Source: Pseudomonadota bacterium
Lineage (GTDB): Bacteria; Bdellovibrionota; Bdellovibrionia; Bdellovibrionales; Bdellovibrionaceae
Reading direction: 5' to 3'
Length of the DNA: 64,000 nucleotides
Assembly (NCBI GenBank): GCA_041178425.1
Contig: JBEGVH010000031.1
Location: forward strand, 1-64,000
Numbering within the stretch: the first letter of the stretch is position 1; every line of letters starts with the position of its first letter. Below are positions 28,107 through 38,196 of the stretch, one piece after another. Below the pieces are notes generated by a model. That model saw only the letters and a program-made list of their open reading frames with translations, was not told the origin of the DNA and did not search any database. The translations under genes and the position numbers were made by a program.

Positions 28107-29915
28107 ATGCGCCTCAGTATTTTTGGTCTTACATTTATTTTATTTACACTTTTTCAGCTTGGTTGCCAGAAGCCTAAATCGACTGGACCCTCAGTTCTTT
28201 TGGTTGCCATCGAGGGCCTTTCAGGGGCTAACTTTTCTTGTAATTCATTTGAGGAGACAGAGCGCTCAGGTCTTCAGATACTCTGTAATGAGGCCGTTCG
28301 CTTCACTCATGCGTTTACGTCCTCTCCCATGGCCCAACCAGCCTTAGGCTCAATCCTCACAGGTGAACTCCCCTCCGAAAATGGTCTTCGAGACAATGGT
28401 CGCACCTTTTTAACGGCTAAACAGTTAACATTGGCAGAAAAACTAATTCCAAAACACAAACGAACTCTCTTTGTTGCCTCAGCTCCCACGGTTAAAAGGT
28501 ATTCTCGACTTCATCAAGGCTTTGAAAATTTTAACGATGATTATGAGTTAACCGCGAATTCAATCTATAGACCCATCGCCGATTCTATCAGGATCTTCAA
28601 AAACTGGCTGCAAAATGAAGTTATCGGATCTTCGTTTTTTGCCGTTATCCACGCCTCAGACCTTTTATTTCCTCAGGTCATCACTCAAACCGAACTCCTT
28701 GAATCGAGAGCACGAGGGCCTGAGGGACAATTTGAAGAAGTGGATGAGAATCTCTACCTTCTATTCAACCATCTCAAACAAAACAACCTCTGGAACAATA
28801 CTTATATTATTCTGACCGGCCTGAATGGGACGACCGACTCAGCAAGAAACAATGAGATACCCGGAGCTAATCTTTTTGCAGAAAATGTCTCTGTGCCACT
28901 TTTTATTAAAGCTCTGAAAGGCAGAGAAGAGATTCCACACCAATGGAAGGTAGACGCCCATGTTACACTTCAAGACGTCGGCATGACGCTCGAAGAAATT
29001 TTTAATGTTTCAAATGAAGAGCCTCGATCAAATAATTTTAGAGGCGCAAGTCTTATGTCACTCATTAATGGCAAGAGTGATACTCGCTTCAGTAACCGTC
29101 CGATCATGATCGAGTCAGCCTGGAGTACTTGGGCGCTCCAAACATTACCCCGAATTTCAGTTCGCGATAGTCAATGGCTGGTTATTTTCGACAAATACCC
29201 TCTCCTCTACAATACACTGACTGACAGAGCTGAAGTGAATCGAGTTTCACTGAAGGATAGTGAATATCAGCTCACTGTCGAACAGTTGGCAGGCCTTTTT
29301 GTAAACCCCTTGCCACAAGGTTATGAAAAGCCCGATGCCCTTTTAAATCAGGAGTTCTTGTTTGCTCGACTCTTGCATGAAAATGAAGGTCGATTCATCG
29401 AAACAATGCTTCCGCAAATCCGCACTTTTGTTCAGAACAATTTGCAATCGGAGACAATAAGATGGCTTTTGGTCGAACAGTTAATTCGCAGAAAAAAGTG
29501 GGATTTAATTGAGGAATTCAATCGAGAATGGCAGGATACTTTAATCCAAAAAGTCCTCGAATTAAAGAGCGGGAACCCATCGCAAATTACCGATTACGGT
29601 TGCCTTGACCTACTTGTAAAGGCGCGAGGAGAAAATGCGCTAACGCCTAAAAATACTTGTGAAAATAAAGAGTTTTTATTGATGGTGGATTGGCTATTTG
29701 CACCAAGCTCCAAAAAAGACCTATTGCTCGAACGGTTTGCAGTCATTGCTAAATATCACGCCCTGAATCTTAAACTAATCTCATTTGATTTATCGCGAGG
29801 TGGAGTCGTTATCGGAGCTAATACTAAGAAGTTAAAAAATATTCTTATGTTTAAATTAGCCCTCGGCTTGCCTGCTTTTCACAAAGACGCCAGTCTTCTC
29901 GAGAAACACCTTTAA
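28107..29915 (+). CDS. Sulfatase/alkaline-phosphatase superfamily lipoprotein, degenerate active site
   Basis: Lipobox LGC, P.VLL, F..AF...P...P...SILTG..P..NG, L.QGF..F.D, VPLFIK, LYN...D..E. Confidence 0.75.
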   Translation: MRLSIFGLTFILFTLFQLGCQKPKSTGPSVLLVAIEGLSGANFSCNSFEETERSGLQILCNEAVRFTHAFTSSPMAQPALGSILTGELPSENGLRDNGRTFLTAKQLTLAEKLIPKHKRTLFVASAPTVKRYSRLHQGFENFNDDYELTANSIYRPIADSIRIFKNWLQNEVIGSSFFAVIHASDLLFPQVITQTELLESRARGPEGQFEEVDENLYLLFNHLKQNNLWNNTYIILTGLNGTTDSARNNEIPGANLFAENVSVPLFIKALKGREEIPHQWKVDAHVTLQDVGMTLEEIFNVSNEEPRSNNFRGASLMSLINGKSDTRFSNRPIMIESAWSTWALQTLPRISVRDSQWLVIFDKYPLLYNTLTDRAEVNRVSLKDSEYQLTVEQLAGLFVNPLPQGYEKPDALLNQEFLFARLLHENEGRFIETMLPQIRTFVQNNLQSETIRWLLVEQLIRRKKWDLIEEFNREWQDTLIQKVLELKSGNPSQITDYGCLDLLVKARGENALTPKNTCENKEFLLMVDWLFAPSSKKDLLLERFAVIAKYHALNLKLISFDLSRGGVVIGANTKKLKNILMFKLALGLPAFHKDASLLEKHL

Positions 29916-29918
29916 TAC

Positions 29919-29937
29919 TGGGGACCCCGAGTCCCCA
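29919..29937. terminator. Hairpin between convergent sulfatase-like gene and murA
   Basis: TGGGGAC-N5-GTCCCCA; U tracts are weak. Confidence 0.4.
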
Positions 29938-29960
29938 ACATTAAAACTTAAGTTCATGTC

Positions 29961-31214
29961 TCATGGCTTTCTGGAAATTCGGGCACCTAGAGAACTAAGT
30001 TTTTCTTCGAGCTTTTCATAACCACGATCTAAATGGTAAATACGACTTACAGTTGTCTCACCTTTCGCCGCCAAGCCCGCTAAAACCAAGCTAGCGCTAG
30101 CACGCAGATCAGTCGCCATAACAGGAGCCCCTTTCAACAGGCCCGGTTTACCGCGAACTACGGCCACTCTTGATTTTGGAGTGATATCAGCCCCCAGGCG
30201 TACTAATTCTTGAACGTGCATAAATCTGTTCTCAAAAACTGTCTCGGTGATCACACTTGTTCCCTCAGCGACTGCCATCAAAGACATATACTGAGCTTGC
30301 AAGTCAGTAGGGAATAAAGGAAACGGCGCCGTCGTCACATCAACGGCCTTCCACGTTTTACAAGGATGAATCGTCGCTGAATCACTGGTTGTTGATATGC
30401 TAAATCCAGCCTCTTGCATCTTGAAAATCAAAGATTCGTAGAGCAATGGCGAACAAGATTTGACCGTCACCTCGCCGCCTGTAATCGCTCCAGCAATTAG
30501 CAGCGTACCCGCTTCAATACGATCAGGCATAATGGTATGTTCCGCTGGATGTAGTTTTTCAACACCTTCAATACGAATAATACTAGTGCCTTGCCCTGTA
30601 ATGCGAGCACCCATAGCATTGAGATAATTTGCCAGATCTACTACTTCTGGCTCTTTTGCTGCATTTTCAATGAGAGTTTCACCTTCAGCAAGCACGGCGG
30701 CCATCAAAAGGTTTTCGGTTCCACCAACCGTAGATGTTTCAAATAAAACCGTTCCACCTTTAAGTTTCTTTGCTCTAGCCCTGGCGTATCCCTCTTCAAG
30801 AATGATCTCTGCTCCCAAAGCTTTCATGGCATCTAAGTGTAAGTTAATTGGTCGAGCTCCAATCGCACATCCACCAGGAAGAGAAACAACAGCCTCTCCG
30901 TATTTGGCTAAGAGCGGACCCAGACACAAAAAACTAGCTCTCATTTTTCGAACTAACTCATAGTGGGCCTCAAGTGACTTTGGTTTCTGTACATTAACGT
31001 AAAAAACATCGTTGTCCCAGCCCGTTTGGCATCCTAAAGATTCCAAAAGTCCCGCCGTCGACTCGATATCTTTTAATCGGGGAACATTTCGAAAAATATG
31101 CTTTCCTTCAGCTAATAAGGTGGCAAACAAAATTGGTAGAGCGGCATTCTTAGCGCCACTAGTTTTAACTTCTCCATTAAGAATAACTCCACCTTCTACT
31201 ACCATTTTATCCAT
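29961..31214 (-). CDS. murA: UDP-N-acetylglucosamine enolpyruvyl transferase
   Basis: GAKNAALP, LPGGCAIGARP, PDRIEAGT, DLRASA, HLDRGYE. Confidence 0.99.
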   Translation of the reverse strand: MDKMVVEGGVILNGEVKTSGAKNAALPILFATLLAEGKHIFRNVPRLKDIESTAGLLESLGCQTGWDNDVFYVNVQKPKSLEAHYELVRKMRASFLCLGPLLAKYGEAVVSLPGGCAIGARPINLHLDAMKALGAEIILEEGYARARAKKLKGGTVLFETSTVGGTENLLMAAVLAEGETLIENAAKEPEVVDLANYLNAMGARITGQGTSIIRIEGVEKLHPAEHTIMPDRIEAGTLLIAGAITGGEVTVKSCSPLLYESLIFKMQEAGFSISTTSDSATIHPCKTWKAVDVTTAPFPLFPTDLQAQYMSLMAVAEGTSVITETVFENRFMHVQELVRLGADITPKSRVAVVRGKPGLLKGAPVMATDLRASASLVLAGLAAKGETTVSRIYHLDRGYEKLEEKLSSLGARISRKP

Positions 31215-32073
31215 TTTTTACCGCCTTTACGATGCGATCCAGTTTGTTGAAATCTTTCAATATTTCAACTTTGCAAAAAGCATTCCCCGCTTCAAAAAAC
31301 TCTTTTACAGTAGGCCCTTGCTGATATCCTATTTCAAAGTAACAGCGCCCCCCAGGCGCCAAAACCAAAGCCGCCTTCGCAATCCACGATTTTAGCGCTG
31401 CTAAACCTTTTTCTTCGGCAAAAAGGGCTTCGTGGGGTTCAAACTGTCGAACTGCGGGTAAAACCTCAGTGTCTTGAAAATCAATATAAGGGGGATTAGC
31501 CACGACAAGGCTCATCAATTCGCCTGAATTCCAATCCTCAACAGAGCCATTAACTAATTGAAACCTCTGACGATCCTCAAGCGTGACCAAGCTCTCCAAG
31601 TTTTTTGAGCAATATCCAAACGCCGCAGGGGATCGCTCAACAAGAGTAATTTGGGCTTTAGGAAATTCAAGGCCTATGCTGAGTCCCAGACATCCAGAAC
31701 CGGCTCCCCAGTCGGCAACAAGGAATTTATCCTGGAGGTCGCCGTTTTGGCGCTCTCTGACTAGATCTTCAACAATCATCTCTGTTTCGGGACGCGGAAT
31801 TAAAACCCCTGGTCCAACCGCAAAACGACGTCCAAAAAAGTACTTCTCCCCCAAAAGATACGCCGTCGGTTCGCCTTTTGACTTACGAACAACTAATTCT
31901 CTCATGCGACCAACTTCTGTGTCAGTCAGTGGGGCTTCGTATTTGAGGTAAATTCCGATTCGATCCGTCTGTAGGACCGATGCAAGCAACAACTCAGTTT
32001 CTAATCTAGGACTTTCAATTTTCTTATCTCTCAAAAACTGAACTGATTTTTCAAAAACTTCTTTTACCTTCAT
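31207..32073 (-). CDS. prmC: Release factor glutamine methyltransferase
   Basis: VLIPRPETE, D.GAGSG, NPPY; downstream of prfA. Confidence 0.96.
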   Translation of the reverse strand: MKVKEVFEKSVQFLRDKKIESPRLETELLLASVLQTDRIGIYLKYEAPLTDTEVGRMRELVVRKSKGEPTAYLLGEKYFFGRRFAVGPGVLIPRPETEMIVEDLVRERQNGDLQDKFLVADWGAGSGCLGLSIGLEFPKAQITLVERSPAAFGYCSKNLESLVTLEDRQRFQLVNGSVEDWNSGELMSLVVANPPYIDFQDTEVLPAVRQFEPHEALFAEEKGLAALKSWIAKAALVLAPGGRCYFEIGYQQGPTVKEFFEAGNAFCKVEILKDFNKLDRIVKAVKNG

Positions 32074-32074
32074 C

Positions 32075-33145
32075 TTATTGTGACTGATTTTTTAAGGCTT
32101 CCGCCTGAAAATACGCCAAGATAGGATCGATCAAAAGCTCTAGTTCCCCACTCATAACTGCATCAATCTGGTGAATTGTAAGACCAATTCGGTGGTCAGT
32201 GATACGAGATTGAGGAAAATTATAGGTTCTTATCCGCTCAGAGCGATCACCCGATCCAATTTGAGCAAGACGAGTTTCAGAGGCCTCTTTTCGTTTCTTT
32301 TCTTCTTCGAGCGCAGCTAGTTTTGAGTAGAGAATCTTCATCGCCTGTTCGCGGTTACCTAATTGAGATTTACCCTCTTGGCAAAAAACAATAATGCCCG
32401 TGGGCAAGTGAGTCACCCGAACTGCGGAATCCGTCGTATTAACAGATTGACCTCCTGCTCCTTGAGAGCGAGTCACGTCAATTCGAAGATCTTTTGGATC
32501 AATTTTCAATTCTGTTTCTTCTTGCTCAGGAATGATGGCAACCGTCACTGTAGAAGTGTGGATTCGGCCTTGAGTTTCCGTCTTTGGTACTCTCTGAACA
32601 CGATGAACTCCACTCTCCACTTTCAATCGGCCATAGACACCATCACCACTAACACTCGCAATGACTTCCTTCACTCCACCAACGTTTCCTTCAGACATCG
32701 AAAGAAGTTTTACTGACCATCCTTGTTTCTGGGAGTATTGAGTGTAGGCCCTGAATAATTCATCAGCAAAAAGGCTCGCCTCATCGCCACCGGTTCCAGC
32801 TCGAATCTCAACAAGAACATTTTTATCGTTGTTAGGATCTTTGGGTAGCAACAAGATTTTCAACTCATCTTCCATTGCAGGAATTTCAAGTTCAAGTTGC
32901 TTAATTTCTTCCTTTAGAAGCTCACGCATTTCAGGGTCTTTTTCCCCTTGGAGCAAGTCGATATTGGACTCGTGATCTTGTTTCTTTTTTTTGTATCCAC
33001 GATAAAAACTAACCACTTTTTCTAAGTTGGACAGCTCCTTCATAAGACTTCTATACTGAGTTTGATTTGAAGCAACATCAGGCCGCTGCAGCTGGAGATT
33101 AACCTCTTCGTAACGAGATTCAACTTCACTTAACTTAGAAAACAT
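32075..33145 (-). CDS. prfA: Peptide chain release factor 1
   Basis: [14 protein letters not shown] (PxT anticodon motif), [12 protein letters not shown]. Confidence 0.99.
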   Translation of the reverse strand: MFSKLSEVESRYEEVNLQLQRPDVASNQTQYRSLMKELSNLEKVVSFYRGYKKKKQDHESNIDLLQGEKDPEMRELLKEEIKQLELEIPAMEDELKILLLPKDPNNDKNVLVEIRAGTGGDEASLFADELFRAYTQYSQKQGWSVKLLSMSEGNVGGVKEVIASVSGDGVYGRLKVESGVHRVQRVPKTETQGRIHTSTVTVAIIPEQEETELKIDPKDLRIDVTRSQGAGGQSVNTTDSAVRVTHLPTGIIVFCQEGKSQLGNREQAMKILYSKLAALEEEKKRKEASETRLAQIGSGDRSERIRTYNFPQSRITDHRIGLTIHQIDAVMSGELELLIDPILAYFQAEALKNQSQ

Positions 33146-33231
33146 TTGAGACCCTCAAAAGGGAGAAACATTATTGATAATTGTGTATCAAAAATAAAGG
33201 AACGATTCTAGTAAGAATCTCTAGAATCTCT

Positions 33232-33266
33232 AAAAATAAAAATGCGGCCCCTGTATAGGACCGCAT
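33232..33266 (-). terminator. Intrinsic terminator after rpmE
   Basis: Minus strand ATGCGGTCCTATACAGGGGCCGCAT followed by TTTTATTTTT. Confidence 0.75.
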
Positions 33267-33292
33267 CCGCTCTAACTCTAAAACGTAGATCT

Positions 33293-33541
33293 TTACTTCT
33301 TAGATCCGTATTTCTTACGGAAACGGTCAATACGACCTTCAGTATCGATTACACGCTGTTTACCAGTGAAAAATGGGTGTGATGCAGAAGAAATTTCCAC
33401 CTTGATCACAGGATACTCTTTGCCATCTTCCCACTTAACAGTCTCTTTTGAGTTCAATGTTGATTTACCCAAAAAGGCATAATCACATGATACATCTTTA
33501 AATACGACATCTCTTAATTCGGGATGAATACTTTTTTTCAT
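33293..33541 (-). CDS. rpmE2: 50S ribosomal protein L31 type B (zinc-independent)
   Basis: [27 protein letters not shown]; no CxxC zinc ligands. Confidence 0.96.
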   Translation of the reverse strand: MKKSIHPELRDVVFKDVSCDYAFLGKSTLNSKETVKWEDGKEYPVIKVEISSASHPFFTGKQRVIDTEGRIDRFRKKYGSKK

Positions 33542-33667
33542 CTTTTCGTCCCCTTCTTATTCCAGAAGCCATAGCCTATACTACACTATGGCACCGCTTG
33601 TCGAGCCCATTCTCTCGAACTTTCAACAAGTTTTTAAGGTTGTAATAAATTCAATGGTTTCAGCGGC

Positions 33668-35503
33668 TTAGTTGCCACTCATACCATTGAGGAATTCCTT
33701 GTTAGTTTTAGTAGACCCTAATTTATCCAACAAAAACTCCATGCTATCAATAACATTCATTGGCGCAAGGACCTTACGAAGGATCCATAAACGGTTTAAA
33801 TCTACCTTTTCGATCAATAAGTCTTCCTTACGAGTTCCAGATTTATTGATGTCCATACATGGGAAAATACGCTTTTCCATGAGTTTACGATCTAGGTGGA
33901 TTTCGGCATTACCCGTACCCTTAAATTCTTCAAAAATAACCTCATCCATACGAGAGCCCGTATCGATAAGCGCGGTAGCAATGATCGTCAAGCTGCCGCC
34001 CTCTTCGATATTTCTCGCCGCACCGAAAAAGCGCTTGGGTTTGTGAAGAGCGTTTGAATCCACACCGCCCGATAAAATTTTACCTGAAGGTGGAACAACA
34101 GTGTTGTACGCTCGTGCCAATCGCGTAATCGAGTCGAGCAAAATAACAACATCATGCTTGTGCTCTACTAAGCGTTTTGCTTTCTCAAGAACCATTTCTG
34201 CAACTTGAACGTGACGAGTCGGAGGCTCATCAAAAGTGGAGCTGACGACCTCCCCTTTTACGTTTCTCGACATGTCTGTCACTTCCTCAGGACGCTCATC
34301 GATGAGCAAAACGATGAGTTTAACATCGGGCTGATTGGCCGATATAGCATTGGCAATATTCTGCATCAAAACGGTTTTACCAGTACGCGGAGGAGCAACA
34401 ATCAACGCTCTTTGGCCCTTACCGAGCGGGGCCATCAAATCTACAACACGAGTGGTGTATTCGCCCGGATTATACTCTAAACGAAGCCTTTGGTTCGGAT
34501 AAAGAGGGGTGAGGTTATCAAAAAGAATCTTATCTTTGCTCTTCTCTGGTGTCTCAAAATTTAATGAGTCGACTTTTAAAAGTGCAAAATATCTCTCACC
34601 ATCTTTTGGCGGTCGCACAGTACCTGTAATTGTGTCACCGGTTCTCAAACCAAATCGGCGAATCTGGGAGGGGCTAACATAAATATCGTCTGGCCCCGGA
34701 AGATAGTTATAATCTGGTGAACGTAAAAACCCGTACCCATCAGGGAGAATTTCTAAAACACCACTACCATAAATGTCTTCCCCTAGGCGAGCCGCTCTCT
34801 TTAGGACTTCAAACACCATGTCCTGACGACGCATACCCGCAGCATTTTCAATTTTAAGCTTGAGGGCAAGATTTGTTAGATCCGCTATGTTTTTTGATTT
34901 TAAATCTTTAGAGTTGAGCTCGCTCTTTTCAGCGTCAGTCAAATTGATATCAGCTAAATCAACTTCGGAGTTCGCCTGAGGCTGAGATCCTCCGTCATTG
35001 CCTCCACCCGCAAAATCCTCTTGGCCATAACTAGAATGGCGGCCCGATTGCTGTCTATCTTGTCGGTGGTCTTGGCGATGATCCTGACGACCATCTTGGC
35101 CTCTGAAATCTTTGCGATAACCATCTTTACGATAACCACCATTATTGTTGTTATAGCGATTCTTATCAAATTTCTTCTGAAATCCCCCGCGATCCCGAGC
35201 TGGCTCAGAGGTTTCGGTATTTGGAGTGTTAGAGCCCGGAGTGGGCTGCTGAGAGGGCGTTGACTCCGCCGATTTCTCTATGCCTGGAGCAGCAGCTTGA
35301 TTAACGGAAGCCTTTTCTGTTGATTCGGAATGAGATGCCGCAGCGGCAGCCTCTAACGGTGGGGGCGCGGAAACAAGTGCTTCATTTGATTGTGAAATTT
35401 GTTCGGCGCTGCTCTCTGAGCTTGAAGCTTCTTTTTTGGCATCGATAGCCTTTGTTCTTCGAGGCTTCTTAACCTCTGCGCTTGCATCTTTAGTTTCAGA
35501 CAA
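33668..35503 (-). CDS. rho: Transcription termination factor Rho with long N-terminal low-complexity extension
   Basis: [49 protein letters not shown] 6 nt before TTG 35503. Confidence 0.98.
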   Translation of the reverse strand: MSETKDASAEVKKPRRTKAIDAKKEASSSESSAEQISQSNEALVSAPPPLEAAAAASHSESTEKASVNQAAAPGIEKSAESTPSQQPTPGSNTPNTETSEPARDRGGFQKKFDKNRYNNNNGGYRKDGYRKDFRGQDGRQDHRQDHRQDRQQSGRHSSYGQEDFAGGGNDGGSQPQANSEVDLADINLTDAEKSELNSKDLKSKNIADLTNLALKLKIENAAGMRRQDMVFEVLKRAARLGEDIYGSGVLEILPDGYGFLRSPDYNYLPGPDDIYVSPSQIRRFGLRTGDTITGTVRPPKDGERYFALLKVDSLNFETPEKSKDKILFDNLTPLYPNQRLRLEYNPGEYTTRVVDLMAPLGKGQRALIVAPPRTGKTVLMQNIANAISANQPDVKLIVLLIDERPEEVTDMSRNVKGEVVSSTFDEPPTRHVQVAEMVLEKAKRLVEHKHDVVILLDSITRLARAYNTVVPPSGKILSGGVDSNALHKPKRFFGAARNIEEGGSLTIIATALIDTGSRMDEVIFEEFKGTGNAEIHLDRKLMEKRIFPCMDINKSGTRKEDLLIEKVDLNRLWILRKVLAPMNVIDSMEFLLDKLGSTKTNKEFLNGMSGN

Positions 35504-35742
35504 AGGGAACTCCTTGATAATCGGTATTGAATAAGTAAGATTGCAAATAAAGATTTGTACTAATGACGTCTTTGACCATTTTAGGTTGGCCTCAAACAAG
35601 ACCTTTGTCAACTTGAAACTTTTTGAGCCGGGGAGGGGTAGCCTAAAGGGCCTGCAAAATCTTAAAATAACTCGCTTTATTGTACCAAATCGATAAGCCC
35701 ACTGATTTTTTAAAATAATTCCAGTATCTGGTTCATACTAAT

Positions 35743-35770
35743 TAAAGCTCCTGCACGTAACTGCCGAAAA
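35743..35770 (+). promoter_or_regulatory. Putative sigma-28 (FliA) promoter of the PilZ gene
   Basis: TAAA-N16-GCCGAAAA versus consensus TAAA-N15/16-GCCGATAA, 28 nt upstream of the ATG. Confidence 0.6.
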
Positions 35771-35798
35771 GGATTTTATTGAGAGACAAGGAGTTTTT

Positions 35799-36164
35799 AT
35801 GTCTTTAGAAAAGTCGGCTGCCCCCCGCTTGTCCTTGGCGATGAGCGTAGAGTTTCGGAAGAGTTATTCTCGTCAAATGAGTTCTGGCACCTTGAGAAAT
35901 ATAAGCCTTTCTGGCGCCTTTCTTGATACATCAACTGAATCATTAATGAGTGGAGACAAGTTGCAGATTGTTCTCAATGTAGGCGCAAGAGTAAGAAAAG
36001 TCTCCGCAGAAATAGTATGGAAAAACCAAAAAGGTGTGGGTTTGAAATTCAATCATTCAAACAATCGCGATTTACAGATTGTCGACGACCTCATGTATTT
36101 TGCAGAGAACAAGCGCGAAACCCAGAAAGACTTACTTGGAGACATCTTTGATAAAGTCAGCTAA
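35799..36164 (+). CDS. Single-domain PilZ protein
   Basis: APR...V, NISLSGAF (D/NxSxxG), A.IVW....G.G.KF. Confidence 0.85.
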   Translation: MSLEKSAAPRLSLAMSVEFRKSYSRQMSSGTLRNISLSGAFLDTSTESLMSGDKLQIVLNVGARVRKVSAEIVWKNQKGVGLKFNHSNNRDLQIVDDLMYFAENKRETQKDLLGDIFDKVS

Positions 36165-36263
36165 ACCAATGCTCTCTCTTCAATCTTGAAAGATGCAACC
36201 CCGTTAAACGAATCTATTATCGGGGCAACTAAATAAACACGAAATTCAGATCGTCGAAGAAAT

Positions 36264-36297
36264 AAAAAAAGCGCCTCATATGAGGCGCTCCTTTTTT
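36264..36297. terminator. Bidirectional intrinsic terminator
   Basis: A tract, perfect palindrome AGCGCCTCATATGAGGCGCT, then T tract, between convergent genes. Confidence 0.85.
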
Positions 36298-36312
36298 GTA
36301 GTGTAATCAATT

Positions 36313-37605
36313 TTACCCTACGTGAGTTTTTTCGTCGAAGGCTTGCTGTTCGGCTGCAGCCTGAGCGGCCTTTCGTCTTCTGATCACAATAATCAAGGCC
36401 ATCAATGCGACAAGACCTGCGCCACCGAAAATTATCGGTGTCATATCTTCTCCGGCTTCGGCACCTTCTCCCTCTTCAGCGGGAACCTCTTCGCCATCAG
36501 CTGATGCCATCGCTTCAGAGGGTGGTGGAGGTGGAGGCGGCGGCGGTGGTGGCGGTGGGGGCGGTGGTGGAGGCGGCGGCGGTTCATTCATCGCCACTTG
36601 GCCCTGCGCTGGCTCCATTGGGGGTGGTGGAACATCATTGGTTGGCGGCGGTGGTGGTGGTGGTGGCTCATTCATTGCTACGGGCGGCGCAGGAGGGGGC
36701 ACAATATTATTTTGATTCTGAGCCAATGTTGGCGCAGGCGCGGACGCCTCTGTACCCTTCCAATATCTAAGAACCAACCCAGCACTCAGGGCTCCTTTAG
36801 ATTCAATTGAATTTGTAGCCCACAGCTCCTTCCAGTTATTTTCATTTCCCAAAAGCTGTTTAGCGACGCTTTTAAGATTATCGCCTTCATTAGTTACATA
36901 AGTGAGCGGTATATCGCCGCGATCTTCGAAGTAGTTTAAAAGTTTAACTGAATCTTCTGATCGAGCCACTGAATTATAATAAACTTTGTCTCCAACTTTT
37001 AACTCGCGATGAGAAAGTGAATTGTTCCATTTTTTCAGTTCTTTGGCAGCAGCCTGCGAGCTCAACGTTTTCTCTGCCACCGACTTCCAGGTATCACCCT
37101 TTCTTGCTAGATAAACGGTATTCATCCATTTTCCGTTTTTCTCAAAAGGAGCAGCAACAACTTTTAAATAAGGTGCCGATGGCTTTGGTGCTGGTTTTTC
37201 CTCAGGGAGCGGTTCGTTAGCCATAGGGAGACTAGCAAAGTCGTTTTGAGCAACTGAAGTGGAGTTGTCCGATGGAAGCTCTGGGGGAGGTGCTTCATTG
37301 GCCATTGATGGCGGCGGAGCAATTGGAACCTCTGGTGGCGCTTCAGAGGCAGGAGCCGTTTCCGGTGCTGCCGCGAACTCAGAAGTTGGCGCCTCAGTTG
37401 GTGCTTCACTTGGAGCCTCAGCTTCAGCTACTGCCTCGCTACTCTCTTCGCTGCCCTCTTCTGATGCCTCGGCGGTTTCTTCGCCTTCTGATGAAGATTC
37501 TTCAACTGCTGATTCTTCTTCCTCTTCGGCGCCGCCTGACGAACAATTCGTCAAGTAGATGGCGCTCGTGAGGCACAAGAGCATCAATAGCAATTTCTTT
37601 CCCAT
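36313..37605 (-). CDS. Lipoprotein with two LysM-like domains, poly-Pro runs and C-terminal TM anchor
   Basis: Lipobox LTNC; YLARKGDTWKSVA and YVTNEGDNLKSVA..WKELWATN; P21 run; IIFGGAGLVALMALIIVI-RRRK. ATG 37605 has an AGGGGA SD. Confidence 0.8.
   Translation of the reverse strand: MGKKLLLMLLCLTSAIYLTNCSSGGAEEEEESAVEESSSEGEETAEASEEGSEESSEAVAEAEAPSEAPTEAPTSEFAAAPETAPASEAPPEVPIAPPPSMANEAPPPELPSDNSTSVAQNDFASLPMANEPLPEEKPAPKPSAPYLKVVAAPFEKNGKWMNTVYLARKGDTWKSVAEKTLSSQAAAKELKKWNNSLSHRELKVGDKVYYNSVARSEDSVKLLNYFEDRGDIPLTYVTNEGDNLKSVAKQLLGNENNWKELWATNSIESKGALSAGLVLRYWKGTEASAPAPTLAQNQNNIVPPPAPPVAMNEPPPPPPPPTNDVPPPPMEPAQGQVAMNEPPPPPPPPPPPPPPPPPPPPPSEAMASADGEEVPAEEGEGAEAGEDMTPIIFGGAGLVALMALIIVIRRRKAAQAAAEQQAFDEKTHVG
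36520..36582 (-). repeat. 21 consecutive proline codons
   Basis: Counted directly; all four CCN codons are used. Confidence 0.95.
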
Positions 37606-37698
37606 AAATTCGTCCCCTGAATTGGATTTCAAAAACGATCTTCGTCTCATACTTTAAAAGTAATTGATCTTTAATGAATTCTGCAACTAGGCTTCGCT

Positions 37699-37729
37699 AA
37701 AAGAAAAGAAAGCCAGACTTTGACTGGCC
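37699..37729 (-). terminator. Putative terminator after the gatCAB-ppx-DUF192 run
   Basis: Minus strand GGCCAG-TCAAAGT-CTGGCT followed by TTCTTTTCTTTT. Confidence 0.5.
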
Positions 37730-37737
37730 CAAAGAAC

Positions 37738-38196
37738 TTATTTTTTTATAAATAATTCTAGTTTGTCACCGACTTTAATGTGGTTTTCTTTAAACCAGCC
37801 TCGCCTCATTTCTAGGGCATATTGGGCTGGGTTTGAGCTTTCATAAACGGGCAGATTGGTTTGCATTTCAGAAGAAACCGCCACCATTTCGAGAGTCTGC
37901 AATAGCACTCTATCGCGAGAAAAAAAACCAATCGATAAATTAACAAAGGTATTCTTCATCCAAAAAGAAAGCTTTTGCTCTCTTGGAAAAATAAAGAGCA
38001 TGCCTTCGTTAATGCCAATTTTTTTTCGAAACATCATTCCATGCTGTAGTTTTTCATGATTATCTGCGAGCTCCACTTGCAAAATCTTACTTCCTACTTT
38101 GATTTTTATTTTTTGAAAATCGGGATTTGCCTGCGCAAGAGAAGTCTCCAAAAATAAGAATGCCATAATCGATGATATCAAGAAGAGCCTAATCAT
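37738..38196 (-). CDS. DUF192 family exported protein
   Basis: VELA.....GMMFR, GMLFIF, FWMKNT...L.I.F, YALEM..GWF; ATG 38196 overlaps the end of ppx. Confidence 0.9.
   Translation of the reverse strand: MIRLFLISSIMAFLFLETSLAQANPDFQKIKIKVGSKILQVELADNHEKLQHGMMFRKKIGINEGMLFIFPREQKLSFWMKNTFVNLSIGFFSRDRVLLQTLEMVAVSSEMQTNLPVYESSNPAQYALEMRRGWFKENHIKVGDKLELFIKK

Noticed and set aside
33174..33231. Short inverted/direct repeats upstream of prfA (TTGATA..TATCAA; AGAATCTCT x2)
   Set aside because: Spacing does not fit an FNR/CRP site; AT-rich, could be chance
36405..37571. Plus-strand Gly/Val/Trp-rich ORFs
   Set aside because: Antisense shadows of the poly-Pro/Ala lipoprotein
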